A stretch of 64,000 nt of DNA, from NCBI GenBank assembly GCA_964234715.1, contig OZ174279.1; one strand, written 5' to 3'. Both the position numbers and the translations under genes were made by a program. The first letter of the stretch is position 1. Each line of letters starts with the position of its first letter. Under the pieces are notes generated by a model. It was given only the letters and a program-made list of their open reading frames with translations, did no database searches and was not told the DNA's origin. Source of the stretch: Podarcis melisellensis (Eukaryota). Below are positions 49,751 to 64,000 of this stretch, in pieces.

Positions 49751-52700
49751 AAATTCTCTTTGGATTCTTTTCAAGGATTCTGAGACATAGAGAATGTGGC
49801 TATGAAATACAGTAGGTGTTTAAAAACTGTCTCTTCTGCATAAAGTTTAAAATTTTCATACTTTTGTCATTATAGAGTGTTAGCCAAAGCAAAAACAATG
49901 GCCACTTTTTTGGGGAGGGAGACACAGGACTTTCATTGCAAAGCTACTATAAGACTTTGACTTTTAAATAATATACAGGCTGGACTCAGAGAAACAGGAA
50001 TCAGCTTAAGGTTCAAAAGGTAGGTTCAAAATATTACACCATGTTTTGCAAAAGTGTTAATGTGTCCCTCCACCCCCTTCCCCTTTCTTGGTAAATGGCA
50101 AACGTTTACAACCCAACTAAAACAGTGCCAGGAGAAATCCTGTGTTTGCTCTTTGGAAGATATTCAATAAATTATAGTGAGCTGCAAATGTCATTGGATA
50201 GGGAATGGAAAGAGCTTTACCTTTAAGTCTTTAAGTAAAGACTTGCAGCTGGTGCAGCCGCTCAGTAATCCCTAATGATAAGCTCCTTTTAATGCGAGGG
50301 TGAGGCAGTTTTCACATGGATACTACTGCATTAACCTTACCCTAGGTATGGTGCAGGTGAAAAGCAGCCGTGTACTCAGCAGCTTTTCCTACCCCTGCTT
50401 TATTCCCCTAATGCATCTCAAGCCTCCTGTAAAAGATCCCCTTATACCAAGGCAAAAAGATTGCAGTTCAAGCCTATTATCAACAAAAACCTGCCAAAGG
50501 GGCTACATTGTCAGACTTTATGGTGGTACTAACTATTCTGTTGTTCTCAGGAGACCAAACTTAGACCATTAAATTCCCTTCATTTGTGATATCAGTGACC
50601 TGGACGGCAGACATAGGTCTTTTGATGTAAAAATGCTACTGCAGGAATCAATGGTACCATCTAGTTTCCCCTTAACGTATATCATAAAAGTGTAATGGTG
50701 CTCTTCCAAAGAAAAAGTGACACTCCTCTTGTATAATACAATTATACGAGGATGATGTTTTCCGGGGAGTTTATTTGATATTATGATGTGCAGAGCCTTT
50801 GCCCATTAAAATAAACTATGAAGCTGACTTCACTCTATTACTTTCAGTAGGCTAAGTGTATTGTCTCTAGTAGAGTATAGATAATTTTCATGCAACAGGG
50901 AGCTATTTCCATATCCCCTTCATGTAACAGATGAGCTTATAAATAGGCTTGGATTTACTCAAAAACCAACAAATGCACTGTCTACAGACACATTTAAGAC
51001 AAAGGCTGTTTTCCAAATGGTCTTCTTTGATATGGAGGTTCCCATGAAATGCTTAGTTGAGTTGACGGATTCCCACTATTTATAGTAAATGTGCCACATA
51101 TTGAAAAATTGCATTGCTTTTTTTTCCTCCCTGGAAGATTGCCCCCCCCCCTGCCACACACACATCATTTCTATCAGAAGACCCTTCATGTGTACCCAGA
51201 AATCCTCAGAGCTAAAGCTATTAGTAAACAACACACAGTGATAGCTCACTAGCAAACAGCGAACAGGTTTACAATTAATGAAATTGCTGGAACAGAATAA
51301 ACAGAAGAGGTAACTATGGTTGCACGTTCATGGTTTAGCACAGACAACAACAACTCTGCTTGGATGATGCATTCTGCAATGATAACCTCCTGAAGCAAAA
51401 CATTATATATAAAAAAACACACCCCAGCACTACCACCACAGTAACAACAAAATGAAAAATGATGCGATGCTCTGATGTTCCAGTGTTTGCCAGAGGCTCA
51501 TGCATTCAGACTAAAACACTTAGAGGGGAAAGTGTGAAAACTAGTTTTATTGCTCTCCTATGCAGGGTTTAGAGAGTAATTTTTAAATGGTTCCATTTTA
51601 TACTGTAGGGGCAAAATTAAAGCAGTCATAAGTCTCTTTGCAGTCTTCATTTTCTCCTTTGCTCCCTTCATGCAAGTAACTTGAGACTTCTGAATCCATT
51701 AGGGAGGGCAATACCTACAGCAACATTCACCTCTCTAGAGGGGAGGGATGTATATTTTTCTTTGCCAGCTTTTCCCTTTCTCTCTCTTCTAGTTCAAGAC
51801 CCATCTGTAATAGTGGCAATAGCTTTTAGCCTGGGACTGGTAAGGCTCAGGTTATTCATGGGATGAGCCATAATACAGTGAACCATAGGGTGAGGTGGAA
51901 GACTTTTGGCTTATCAGTGTGCAACACAATAGCCCAAAAGGGAACATCACAACCCTTGGCTTCAATACTTTTTCTAGGCATCCACCTCTTTTGCATGGTT
52001 TGGAAACAGAATCCCATCTCTTTTTAGCCATATGGCCTATTTGTACATTTGAACATCCAGTGCAGTTGATTCATACATGGTACTCAGTTTCTGCACATGG
52101 AGTTGGAATGCACCAGCTATATCATAGCAGCTGTACCTGCACATAACACTAAGCAATAGTTTGTGTAACAAACAATGAGTTGTCTCATAGACAAGGCTTG
52201 TTTCTCCAAAGCTTGATTTCTTTTCCAATTGCTTCTGTAGCCTTGTGCTTCTGTAGTTTAAAATGAACGTAAGTGGTGGAATGGCCAAACAAACCATGGG
52301 TTAAGCAAGACTGTTGGGTTCAGACATAATGCTGAGCCATTACTAAAACAAGCCATAATTCATAAATCAACAATAAACCACGACTTCACGTTGTGATTTA
52401 TGCCTCCGCCCCCCCCCCAAATCACATTCTTCAGGGCTTGGTTCACTCATTCAAACTAACAATAGTTAGGATAAACAAACCGTGACCTAGTATTATGTGT
52501 GGACCAGGCAACTGTGTATTTCAAATTCCTCAGGGAATACTTATTGGGCGTATGATTTTCTAAATGTGAAAATGACCCTTGGCTTCTGTGCCTCCTGTTC
52601 TTCCCAATGGCTTCTCTTTTCCTAACTCCCCATAACTTCTTTTTAGGCAAATCATCCCTGTGTGCTCCAGCTATCCCTTTACCACCATCTCATTTATTTC

Positions 52701-54187
52701 CAAGTTATAAAGAAATTAAATCCTAACACAAAAACAACAACAACAAAAACCCTTGATATTTGCAGCTGGAATACATTAACTATACAAAGCACAATTCTAC
52801 AGATTGTGTAATTGGATAATCAGACCACCAAATTTTCATTTCCTGGTTGCTTAATGTCATTTTTAAAAAAAATGTACAGCAATCTAAAATGCAAGCTTTG
52901 TTAGAGTGACAAAAGGGGATTATTCCAAGTTAAAGTATTAGAAAACCATACATTGGAGGCAACCTGTGCCAGATTTCAAAGCAGCATGTTCACTTGTTCC
53001 TTCAACCTTGGTATTATTGCTTCTAATAATGGCCCAAAGGTTGTGGCCACTGTACCATCAAGAATAGGAAAATTTGTTCAGTTGGCATGTTTTGCAGTCT
53101 CTTAAACTGATTGTTCATGATTTCTTAGGTAAACACTAGGCTATAAAAAGCACAAGCTCTGAAGAAGCAAAGTGCCATGTATTATTATTATTTAACCATA
53201 AGAAATCAAAGCCTCTGGCCACTTCACTTCCTTTACAGCTCATAACACCTTCTACAGAAGTTTCAGAAGCTAAAAGACTGACTCCACACCAGATCAGACC
53301 AGAGATACAGTAAAATAAGTCAAGGAAAATTCCCACCTATATATGGCTGAATGACTCCTTGAGCAATAAAATGTCATTAGTGACTATAAAATGCTACAGG
53401 GGGATGATGGAGGGCACTCTGAATTTGGCTTCTACCAGTAAAGTCAGTACTGAGAACTCATGTGCCAATTTGCAGTCCCACTGACTCTCTTTCTATAGCT
53501 ATTTCATTTCTCAGTCATTGCCATAGTAATTTGATGCTCAATTTTTCCCCTTCCTGCATCAGTGCCACATATTTCACCTTGATACAATGATGACTGTTCC
53601 CCCTTCTCGTCCTTTTGTTAGCCTCTACTACGGTTTAACACAAGGGATTGCTGGCTTAGAGAAAACTTAAAAAGGGATGGAACCCTCAAAGGAACCTTAA
53701 GTTGCAATAACCCTCATCGTCGTAGCAATGAAAAAGCTACCATTGACAGAAGTGGAGCGAAATTGTCCTCACAATGGTATGCACAGCAACTTATATATCT
53801 CTTTCCACCTCTTCTATTATCCTGTTAATTTTTGTTTTTGAAGTTTTTCACCATTTTATTAATGAGTCATGGTTCACCTAATGAACGAGTTGTAGGGCTT
53901 ATGGAAAGAACTTCCCAGATTCAAAACTATAATCTTCCCAAATTCAGGTAACTTATGCCAATAGCATTAGAGGATAATATGAGGAGCACAACAAATCATG
54001 ACTTTGACCTTCTGCCTTGCAGCATCCGTCTTCGTGCCATAAACTGTGTTTCTCCTCTACCAGCTTGAAACAAGCATGCAGAGACAATTAGTAACACTGC
54101 TGTTCCTGAAATTAGGCAGTAATGGAAATAATGGCTGAGTACTGTGATTCTAGGAAAATACAAAATGTTACTTTGAACATTCTGACA

Positions 54188-54188
<1 letters not shown>

Positions 54189-54241
<53 letters not shown>

Positions 54242-54452
54242 TATACCCCACCCATCTGACTGGGTTTCCCCAGCCACTCTGGGCGGCTTCCAACAAAAGA
54301 TTAAAAATACATTAAAACATCAGTCATTAAAAACTTCCCTAAACAGGGCTGCCTTCAGATGACTTCTAAATGTCAGATAGTTGTTTATTCCTTTGATATC
54401 TGAAGGGAGGGCATTCCACAGGGCGGACACCACTACCGAGAAGGCCCTCTGC
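54189..54452 (-). mobile_element. L2 LINE 3' end with (AAT)n tail
   Basis: Minus strand QRAFSVVVSALWNALPSDIKGINNYLTFRSHLKAALFREVF, an L2-type ORF2 C-terminus; trinucleotide tail 54189-54241. Confidence 0.85.
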
Positions 54453-57400
54453 TAAAATCCTTAGTGTTTTGGCTGAACCTGTCACATAACCATCAAGGAA
54501 ATGTCTGAAATTCTCATGCTGTATCATTGGTGTTCTCACAGTATTTTAGAGTTTTAACATATTTGGCAGCACACTGTCCTGTGCAATACAAAGTAATTGT
54601 GCCATAGACTTCATTGCTTAGAAATTCTGAACATTAAGCAGTATATAAATTTCTGAATCAAAACTGGTGAAATAGTCATGCTAAACATCCCCAACAGTAT
54701 GTACTTCAGAGTGCTATGAAAGTTCAATCAAATGCTCATGCATGACCATTTGCTTCAGTTTCTTAAATTCTACACATGCACAAAATATGGATGCACAGGG
54801 AATCCCTCTGCATATTACTGGATCTGCCAAATGTGTTGTTGACTTCAAAATTCTAGAGGAAATCAATTTCCAAGTGCCAGAAGAACCAGGAACAGTTTTC
54901 TCAGAGGGAATTCAAAGCAATACTAGAGGCAGTCTCATATACATATTCTTACACAAAGAGCTAAGATGGCAGTATCTTGTCATTGTGATCCTTATGGTGG
55001 TCACTACACCAGTGTTATAGTTTCTTACAACTGAGCAGTGTAGTGGAGTCACTAATTTTGTTCTTATTGTATAGTATGCAAAGCACAATAATCAATCCAG
55101 CCCTAGCAAGGGGCATAAACTCATATTTCTACTTGCTGGGAATTTAAAAAGTGCTTCCGCTTCTTCTTTTAAAAAAACCCAAAATCTATGCATTCCAACA
55201 AAGGAGACCATGTTGACTTAGTTCTTCATTGTTTTCTTGTCAGAATCTGTTTTCCTCAATTAATGCCTCAAAATGCTTCTGATCTTAAAATGTGGATAAA
55301 ATTATGCCAACCCTGTCTGCTCTTTTACAGGCAATTTGACAGCTCTGGTTCTTGCCAGCGTTCTATTTTTCTCTGCTATCTTATTCCTTCCAAATGCTAT
55401 CTGGCAGTATGTTACTAAGAAATTAGCCTGCCTCCCTACCTCTGATTGCCCAGATGGACATCTTAGAAAGCTAGAGAAAAGCAACTTGACAACTGGAAAC
55501 CAGCCAGTTCTCAGGAAAGATGCATTGCATTGAGCATAAGGGACCAAAATGTTAAAGAATTAAAGTAACAGAAGGTGTCAATGCTGAAAGAGTACAGATT
55601 AACAAGGTGGCGAGTTCAAGGGGAACTATTAGTATTTTACACATTTAGTATGTTATATACTAAAGCCTCTCATGCACTCCACAAGCAGTAAGATGCATTA
55701 GACTCAAAAGAGAATGGGAAGTAGGAGCAACAGCACCAGTGGCACTGTTTATTTCTCCCCAAAGCAGCAATAAATTGCTCACTTTCCAATTACATATTTG
55801 AATTTGGACTGATGGCTTTTCAGCAATATAATGGTAGGCAAGGTTTGGGGTTTGTTTTTTAAAGAGGTAGTGCACTCAGTGTTCTCAAACTGTTTTTTGG
55901 GTTCAACCCCTAAAGTTCTGTGTTGCTGATCCCTTGAAAGCCCACACAAGCTAGGCTGTGTAATGGTTGACTACAGAACAGGTTGAAATCTAGCCCTCCT
56001 AGCTCCAGCAATACAAATCAACTCACAAACCATTAGTGTCATTGCAAAAGTAGGTACAGACCAATTATTTGAGGTGTTTGTACTAAGAATTCGAACTACA
56101 ATTTCCTGGGTGCTGAAGAGGAAAAGTGAATCTATCTCAGCATCCCAGAAGCTATTGAGCTGCTCCTGTGTGGCACACCTGTATCAAAAGTTGCTTTGGA
56201 GGGTGTTGGGCACAGGGCTTCAAATGTTCCTCTGCAAATGAGACTGCTAAGGTTCTTCCACTTCTCTTATACTCCCTCTTCTACTTGCTGCGGTCAGCAT
56301 AACTCTAGTTTTGCTCAAGAGTAGGAAAGAGAAGATGCATCAGCTCACCTCTCTACCCCTCTACCTCCTGCTAAGCAGCAGTGACCCAAATGACTAGAGG
56401 TTAGCTGTGCAGCAGTGGCTTAGCCCACCATTTACTACTGGGAACAGTCACAACCTTGTGCGGTGCCTCGGAACGTCTAAAGTTATATAAACACATCCCT
56501 GCCGCAGCACTAGGCAGCCTCTATCTACAAGTGAGCCAGTCATCAGAACAAACCATTTCTGGTGCTGGTGCTCTGGCAAAACAAACCTCGTTTTGCAACC
56601 CTACATCTCAAACAGTCCCTTAGGGTTGGACTCTCTTTCCCATTAACTTCAGTGCAATGAAAATAGTTTGTTTTTAAATGCACTTTGATGTACAGAAGTC
56701 ATGCTATGTTGGTAATGGTGAAATACTGTAAATTGTGCATTGCTCAATTACATCCCCCCTACCCCAAATAAACCTATGTGCGAATATGACTTCGTTTGTC
56801 CTGAGTGAACGTCACAATTTCCACTAACGCAGAAGAGTCAACACTTCCTTGCGTGGGCAACTAGCCTTAAATTTATTTAATCTCAGATATACACAATAAC
56901 TTAGATTACCAATAACTGGGACAGACCATCCCACCCTAATCCAAAGATTATTTTTTTTATAGATTGGGTCAACATTCCCAGAAGTGTTGAGTCCCTTGGG
57001 AGCGAGTAACAATACACAATGCTCCAACACCTGAGCATTGTGCATTAGTGCATAGTGTGAAATAATAATAATTTTCAATATGGCAAACACGAAACATGGG
57101 CTATGAATTCCAGTGCTAAAATCTGGTGGTGACATAAGCTGAGACTCAGAACAAAAATCCATCTAAATTGTTCTGAATTTAAACACTGGTTTTCATCCTT
57201 TTGGGACAATTTATGCTTTAGGCAGAGCTTTTCGACAAGGTTTCATACTGCATGTGTGCATATTATACCTCCAAATTGCCTCCAAGCTGACAATCTTTTC
57301 TGGTGCATTATGACTTTGCTGCCGAAGATCTACCTAGCCAAATTAAAAATAATCCCTAAAGAAAAAGAAAAGGAGGGGGACTTTCAACATGGCCTATTGT

Positions 57401-58086
57401 GAGGCACCTTTGACCTTGCAGAAAATATTCAAATCTTTAAGCAAGACTGCCAGTGGTAGCTCAAGCCCTGTACAAACACCCTGCATCTTGATTGATAAAT
57501 ATGCTATGTTTACCCTGTGATTACTGTATAGTATTTTATGTTCTTGCTAATTTATTTGGAAGTCTTAACCTGTTAGGTTATAAATTCAGCAGCATTTGAT
57601 AATGAACCATGTTGAAATAAATCAGCATCTGGGGAGGGGGGGGTGCGGCAGAATATCCTAAGGAACTCTGCAAAAGAAAAAGAAAAATCACTTCATAGAT
57701 CTCAGTGTATGAAAAGGTATGACAGCCAAGACAGACAGACATATTAACCTTTTATAAATCCTTGGCATCTAATCCCTGTAAGTATTACTTCATACAATTC
57801 TTCCATAAAAGAGGCATATATAACATTAAAGCTCCATATCACTAGTAGCTTTATTACTGAAAGCCAACACTTATAGACAGCCTGAGAAGTCTGGGAGGCA
57901 GAGAAGACACATCTATGCTCGTATGTGTATTCGATGGATTTCCTTTGGTATGGATCATGTTATTTAGATTGCATATCTCCAATTCTGTTTGGAAGCAAAT
58001 CTGGTGTGTGTGCCTCTGTTTCATAGGGCACCTGGACAGACCTTAGTGGAACATGGGTCTCTATTAAGCTGCTGTTCAGTAGTTTG

Positions 58087-58608
58087 NNNNNNNNNNNNNN
58101 NNNNNNNNNNNNNNNNNNNNNNNNNNNNNNNNNNNNNNNNNNNNNNNNNNNNNNNNNNNNNNNNNNNNNNNNNNNNNNNNNNNNNNNNNNNNNNNNNNNN
58201 NNNNNNNNNNNNNNNNNNNNNNNNNNNNNNNNNNNNNNNNNNNNNNNNNNNNNNNNNNNNNNNNNNNNNNNNNNNNNNNNNNNNNNNNNNNNNNNNNNNN
58301 NNNNNNNNNNNNNNNNNNNNNNNNNNNNNNNNNNNNNNNNNNNNNNNNNNNNNNNNNNNNNNNNNNNNNNNNNNNNNNNNNNNNNNNNNNNNNNNNNNNN
58401 NNNNNNNNNNNNNNNNNNTTTTCATTTAAATCATAGGGTTTATCGCCAGTTAAGTAGCAGCGATTTCAGGAAACTTNNNNNNNNNNNNNNNNNNNNNNNN
58501 NNNNNNNNNNNNNNNNNNNNNNNNNNNNNNNNNNNNNNNNNNNNNNNNNNNNNNNNNNNNNNNNNNNNNNNNNNNNNNNNNNNNNNNNNNNNNNNNNNNN
58601 NNNNNNNN
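58087..58608. other. Two assembly gaps (58087-58418, 58477-58608)
   Basis: Runs of N. Confidence 1.
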
Positions 58609-59348
58609 CAGCAGCCAACTATGTGACATGTTGCCAGAGCCTGAACTCTTCCACATTCCCACCTTTAATTATACTGGTTCATTACTAAAGAGATAAGTGT
58701 CTCTCCAGTTAAGATTCTATAAATGAACACCATGAGGGCACCTCCCAAATCATTTTTGAAGAAACCATGAAAAGGTGATAACGGTTATGAAGGGGGGGGG
58801 GGCGAATTATCACCTGCTCTCTTTCTTCCTTCTCTGTAATAACATTAAAACATTAAGATGAATTCTTTTCTTTTAAAAAAAAAATCTCAAAAAGGAAATG
58901 TCCATTCAGTAGCCTATTTTGTTTAAGATTGGAAAAGGTTGAGGAAAGGGGGGTGGGGGTGGCGCGAGAAGAAAACATTTGCGATTAAAAAAGAAAAGAA
59001 AAGAAAATTCTTCCATAAATCCCAACAGAGATAATTTGCTGCAAAATTTAAACCCAGTGAGAACTTGTCTGTCTGTGTTAAATAAAAAAAAGTTACGGTT
59101 GGTAGGAGACATGTTTTTGCAGTAGCTTTAGCGATTATAGGAAATTACATGCAAAGCCAGAGTTCTGATCCTAAGTTAATTTATAATTGGAAAAAACTTA
59201 TTAATTAGCTATGGCATTCTAATTAAGAATTAGAATTAGAGGAGTGTGTGTTAAAAAGCCAGTCAATACCCAACTGTCAGTATATTTTTTTTATTAAAAA
59301 AAACCCTTCCGACAGCTCTCAGTCCACTTCCCCCCCTTATTTTTTATA

Positions 59349-59351
<3 letters not shown>

Positions 59352-59393
<42 letters not shown>
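59352..59393. repeat. (TA)n microsatellite
   Basis: Seen directly. Confidence 0.95.
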
Positions 59394-59395
<2 letters not shown>

Positions 59396-60329
59396 TAGTG
59401 GGAACTATCTTTTCTAGAATATAGATAGCCAAAGAAATATGGTTAACAGGGATATATATTTAACTCACAATGCACGCCATTTCAAACATGGAGTGCATAC
59501 TTTTGACATTCAGAGCTTAGCTTGCATCTTTAATAAGTGCACATAAGGTCCTTTTGTGAATGTACAGGGAGGCTCCCAAATATGATCAGTACTGAACACA
59601 CCAGATACCTTCTGAGAGGCATTTATTTCATGCATATGCAGAATATACAAAGATATGTAAGCACCAAGACAAAGGGGGATGATTCTACTCTTGCTGCCTC
59701 AGATGGGGCAGGGTTAGACTGGTGTGCATCAATAGTTGTACTGTATGCATATCAGCAGTGCACAGTGATGTGTACTGAAAGGCAGATGTGGAAAATTTCC
59801 CCCCTTTTTAATCCCCTCCTCCCTGATAAAAAAACCCTCTTCCTATAAGCTGGCTGCAATGCTCCCTTAAAAACGCCATTGTGTCTCCTGATACTTACTT
59901 TCACAGTGCTAGAATATTTGAAAGGAAATTAAACATTAAAGTAGATAAGTTACACACACACACACACACACACACACTGCTATGCAGTTTGTGTAAGGAA
60001 AACATACCCCACTTTGAGACATATGCTTTAATCCGAAACATACTGTTTTCTTAAATGAGAGAGAGAAATCAGTCGGGACTCATTTTTCATATTAAATATC
60101 ATTATGTTAAAAATAATTGTTAAAAATATAAGCAGAACTCTAAAAAGAAATCTCGACAAGCTATTCCTTCTGACCCCCTCCTCAACCAAGTACTTTTTAG
60201 AAACTCACACATGCATATTCCTCACTCTGAGTTTATTTTCAGGGTAATTCACATATAACAAGAAATCCTGGTTTGGCATGATGTGAACAGCAGTTCTGTC
60301 TGTCCAGCTGCCTGTCTATCTTTCTTGTT

Positions 60330-60542
60330 TGTTTCATTGCATCTATATCTCACCTTTACTCTAAGGTGGTTTGTGTGGCTTTTCCCTCCCCCAATTCATC
60401 CTCACAACAACTCTGTAAGGTAGCTTATGCTAAGAGGTAATGATTGGCCCAAGGCCACCTAGTGAGTTTCATGGCAAAGGGGCAATTAGAACCCTAATCT
60501 CCCAGGTCCTAGGCCACCACTGTAACCACTATACCACACTGG
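60330..60542 (-). mobile_element. MIR-like tRNA-derived SINE
   Basis: cctcacaacaactctgtaaggtag...gcccaaggccacc...taaccactataccacactgg, a MIR/CORE-like layout. Confidence 0.6.
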
Positions 60543-62227
60543 TATGATATCATGTGTTGCAGAAGAAAAATAGAAAAAAACATATTTAAATAGCCCACAA
60601 CTAATTTAATTAATAGTTTTTAAAAAATGCTTCCAGTTACCCCAATCATTAAAACATAGTAACAACCCCCCCAAAAAAATTGACAAAAGAACAATTGCTA
60701 TTTGGCATCTAAGTAGGCAAACCAGTGTCTGCCTACAGTCACAGGTTAAGTCAGGTATCAGTGCTGCTTCAGATTACATCTGTACTTAATGAGTGTGTGG
60801 CATAGCTAAGTGAAATGCTGATTCAGACTGCTGTTGTCCTATATGCTCAACATGTGAATGAATGGCCCCTACCCCTGTCTTCTGTCTGGAGAGTGAAGGA
60901 TCAGAAGTAAACTTTCCCCTTCATTCTGCTCTCTTTCCATCAACAACTGCATGGTGGTATTTGAATACATGCATCCCAACCCAAAGTGCTCTAGAGCTAC
61001 ATTGTGCACATGAGATCGAGTGCAAACGTAGGTGGGCTTTCTTATTCACTTCATCACTGAATACATCATTGTTGCATGTGCAAAGCCTGTTGCTAAAGTT
61101 CAAGTGCATTAGACAATCTTTACTTGTGTCAGAAGTATGTGTGCATAGCATAATCCCTATGTGTACACTGAGGACTCGGATTAAATTCTGGGATTTTAGG
61201 GGAGGGCGTTATAGCCATTTCTGCAAATCTTTAATGAAATAATTACCGGTACATGTCAAAACAATGCAGATAGACACTGGTTCTTCCTAGGAAGATAAAC
61301 AGATCTAGTCACATTGCATTCAGTTAAAGGGCTTGGAAGTTTTCAGAAGCAATTGCCCGAACTGATGTGATCTCATAGAATGTGCACAAACATCTCAACT
61401 GCTTAAAGAATCAACAAGGCCAGTATTTTTCTGCAAGCGAGAAGAGATACCAGTTTCTCTGATATTAAAACTTTACATAAATTGAAGGGAGAGGAGGAGC
61501 TATTGGGGAGGTTGGGGTTAGCGATTTAAACCAGGAGATAGAGAAAATATCACTACAGAATCTATAGATAAGGTCGCTGGTCGCTGAAAGAACAGACAGG
61601 AAAAGTACCAAATGTAAAAACAGGAACCTAAGAGAAGGAAAAAATGGAAGAAGAGGAGAGCTGAAGAAAATGACATAGAAGGCAGAAAACTGAGAAAATC
61701 AAGTTGGGCAAGAAATGGAATGGGGAATATATTTATTATGGCTGGGAAACAGTTCAAGAGGCTAGCTGAAAGTGTCATGAGAGAATAAGAGGGGGATTGA
61801 GAAAGAGGGATTTGAGAAACTGTGCTGATAGTGGTAAAGAATGGAGTGAGCTGGAAAAAAATGGGAAAGTGGCAAAGCCTTATTTATTGCCATGGATGTG
61901 AAGTATTGGCAGGAAGGGAAAGAATTCTGGAAACTAGGGTACAGTGAGACCAGAGTAACAGGTCCATATCATTTTCAGAAATACACGAACATACATACAA
62001 TGATACATCAACTCTGAGACAGCAGCAAGGGCCAAGGCAGAGTTTGATTTAAACTAACTAGGCAATTATTTTATTGCAAGCTTCTACTATATGTAATACA
62101 ATTCAATATGAAACACTTCTTGCCTTGCAGAACCCTCTTATACTGACGGCGCAACTAACTCATGCAATTGGTCCTCCTAGTGCTATTGATCCGGTGAAGG
62201 CAACTGATGAGAGAGGAAGGTTGGGGG

Positions 62228-62596
62228 TAGTGATGGGAGAATCAGTCAGTTCCATTTTCTCTCCATTTCTCATTTTTCCAATCTTAAATTCAGTTGGAAT
62301 TTTTTTTATATCAAAAAGTCCTCATGAAAATTGATCAAGATTTTAGAGAGAAATTCTCATTATATATATCTGTATGCAATTTTGCCTAATATACACATAT
62401 AATGCATTTTTGTATGCTATTTATGCACACTTTGACCCAGTATATACACTTTTGTAGAAATTTCTTGGCTGGAGAACTGCATTGCTAAATTTGGAGAAGT
62501 GCAGATTTTGAAGAATGGGTGTGTTTCAGGTCATGTATTGTTTTGGGAAGTGTAAACATTAAATGCAAACGGGATGAAATTTATCTCCCATCCCTA
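62228..62596. mobile_element. AT-rich MITE with tag(g/t)gatgggaga TIRs
   Basis: tagtgatgggaga...tctcccatcccta termini; related partial copies at ~23630-24270 and ~36290-36957. Confidence 0.65.
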
Positions 62597-62893
62597 GTTG
62601 GGGGACCTCCCAGAACCAATTTTCGTGGGGTGCTGGATGTTATGGTGTTTGTGTGAATTGACAATAATTGCTTCTCTCTTTCTTTGTTAACAGATGTCTT
62701 TGGCTGGATCAAAAAACCTTCGGTTTGTGCAAGGGCACCAGTTGGATACAGCTGGAGGAGTGGAGCCACAGCCCAGGAGTGCCCCAAAGATTTCAAAATA
62801 CATTCTGCTACATCTTTCACCAATCAAAACTTTTTTTGTGGCTGCAGTATCTAAGACCTATGTTCTATGAATTTTGCAGAAATATAGTAAGTA

Positions 62894-63134
62894 CAGTGGT
62901 ACCTCGAGTTACAAACGCCTCAGGTTACAAACGCTTCAGGTTACAAACTCTGTTAAATTGGAATAATTACCTCAAGTTGAGAACTTTGCCCCAGGATGAG
63001 AATGGAAATCGTGTGCTGGCGGTGCAGCGACAGCAAAAGGCCCCATTAGCGAAAACATGCCTCTAGTTAAGAACAGTTTCAGGTTAAGAACGGACCTCCG
63101 GAATGAATTAAGTTCATAACTAGAGGTACCACTG
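62894..63134. mobile_element. Tc1/mariner MITE, family A
   Basis: TIRs CAGTGGTACCTC...GAGGTACCACTG with TA TSD. Confidence 0.9.
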
Positions 63135-64000
63135 TACATGGTTACATCTCTGATATCCTAATGGCCACAAACAGGAAGAATTTGATTGCCCTCTGCAGTT
63201 CCTAAACTAGGCTCAGGACATGATATGGTGCACAGAGGACACAGAAGGAACAGTTACTTAAACACATCCATTTTCATGAGGTCAGTGGTGAAAGCAAGGC
63301 AAATCAGGCTGGAGTTGGCTCAATTGAGTATGATACAGGAGCCACAGTCATAGTTCAGCTTCCTGATCTCGATATAAACTAGGAAAACTAAAGGAACAAT
63401 CCCACCCCCACAAGGATTTAGTGCTGATAGGTCCTAGGCATATGAGATGGTTATGTAATAGGACAAAGGACTAGAGAGCAAGACCCCAAAAAATCATCAT
63501 CAATCTTTTCTGACTCAGGATCAACTCATGTTTCACTTTTTAAAACTTTTTGTGCCTGAGTTGAGATACTAAAATGGCAGGCAGCTCTCTCAGTGCTACA
63601 GTTGCTATGAATTCTCCATGGCAATCCTCACTTCCTACAATAAGATCGTCCAGTAGAACTCACCATGTGAATAGAAAGGACTATGTCATGTCTGCTTGTG
63701 TGGTCACTAGATTCTACAAGGGGGGCAGGGAGATATTTGTAACACTTAGACCATAATCTTAGTTGCCGATATGATAATATTGCCAATAATAATAATGATG
63801 ATGATGATGATGCAACACTCACAAATGCACACCTCTACATATTTTTAAAAGACTGGAATGTTAACATAAGGTGAAGAGCAGATGCAGTCCCAGTATTATC
63901 TATGCCAGTTTTTGCAAGATGTTCAGTATGTCCTTCAAAGATCATCAGTAACACCATTCACCAATGTTAATTAATTATATCCTTTCATTAAAAAGATGAA

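Noticed and set aside
57989-58662. Long ORFs of 134-180 aa
   Set aside because: Artefacts of translation through N gaps (also 46293-46695).
62668-63066. 132-aa ORF
   Set aside because: Runs into a non-coding MITE; chance ORF.

Overview
Vertebrate nuclear DNA, most likely a squamate and probably a lacertid lizard (two Sauria SINEs plus typical lizard L2, Rex1/Babar, Penelope and Tc1/mariner-type repeats). It has three N-gaps and no intact protein-coding gene; the supplied ORFs are mostly noise. The main hidden structure is in the first ~31.6 kb: a chain of more than 25 plus-strand exon relics, many behind canonical polypyrimidine-AG acceptors. Their translations follow, in the correct order, the motor half of an axonemal dynein heavy chain (pre-AAA1, AAA1-AAA4, stalk/MTBD, AAA5, AAA6, C-terminus), with best resemblance to the DNAH9/11/17 outer-arm beta type. 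Many relics carry stops or frameshifts, so this reads as a decayed, highly divergent dynein pseudogene whose 5' part lies upstream of the window. These alignments were made by eye against remembered dynein sequence and need tblastn/HMM confirmation. A 205-bp Penelope-derived insertion at 21724-21928 carries a complete minimal hammerhead-ribozyme motif. From ~38 kb to ~59 kb the DNA is non-coding, with several AT-rich blocks resembling conserved developmental enhancers.
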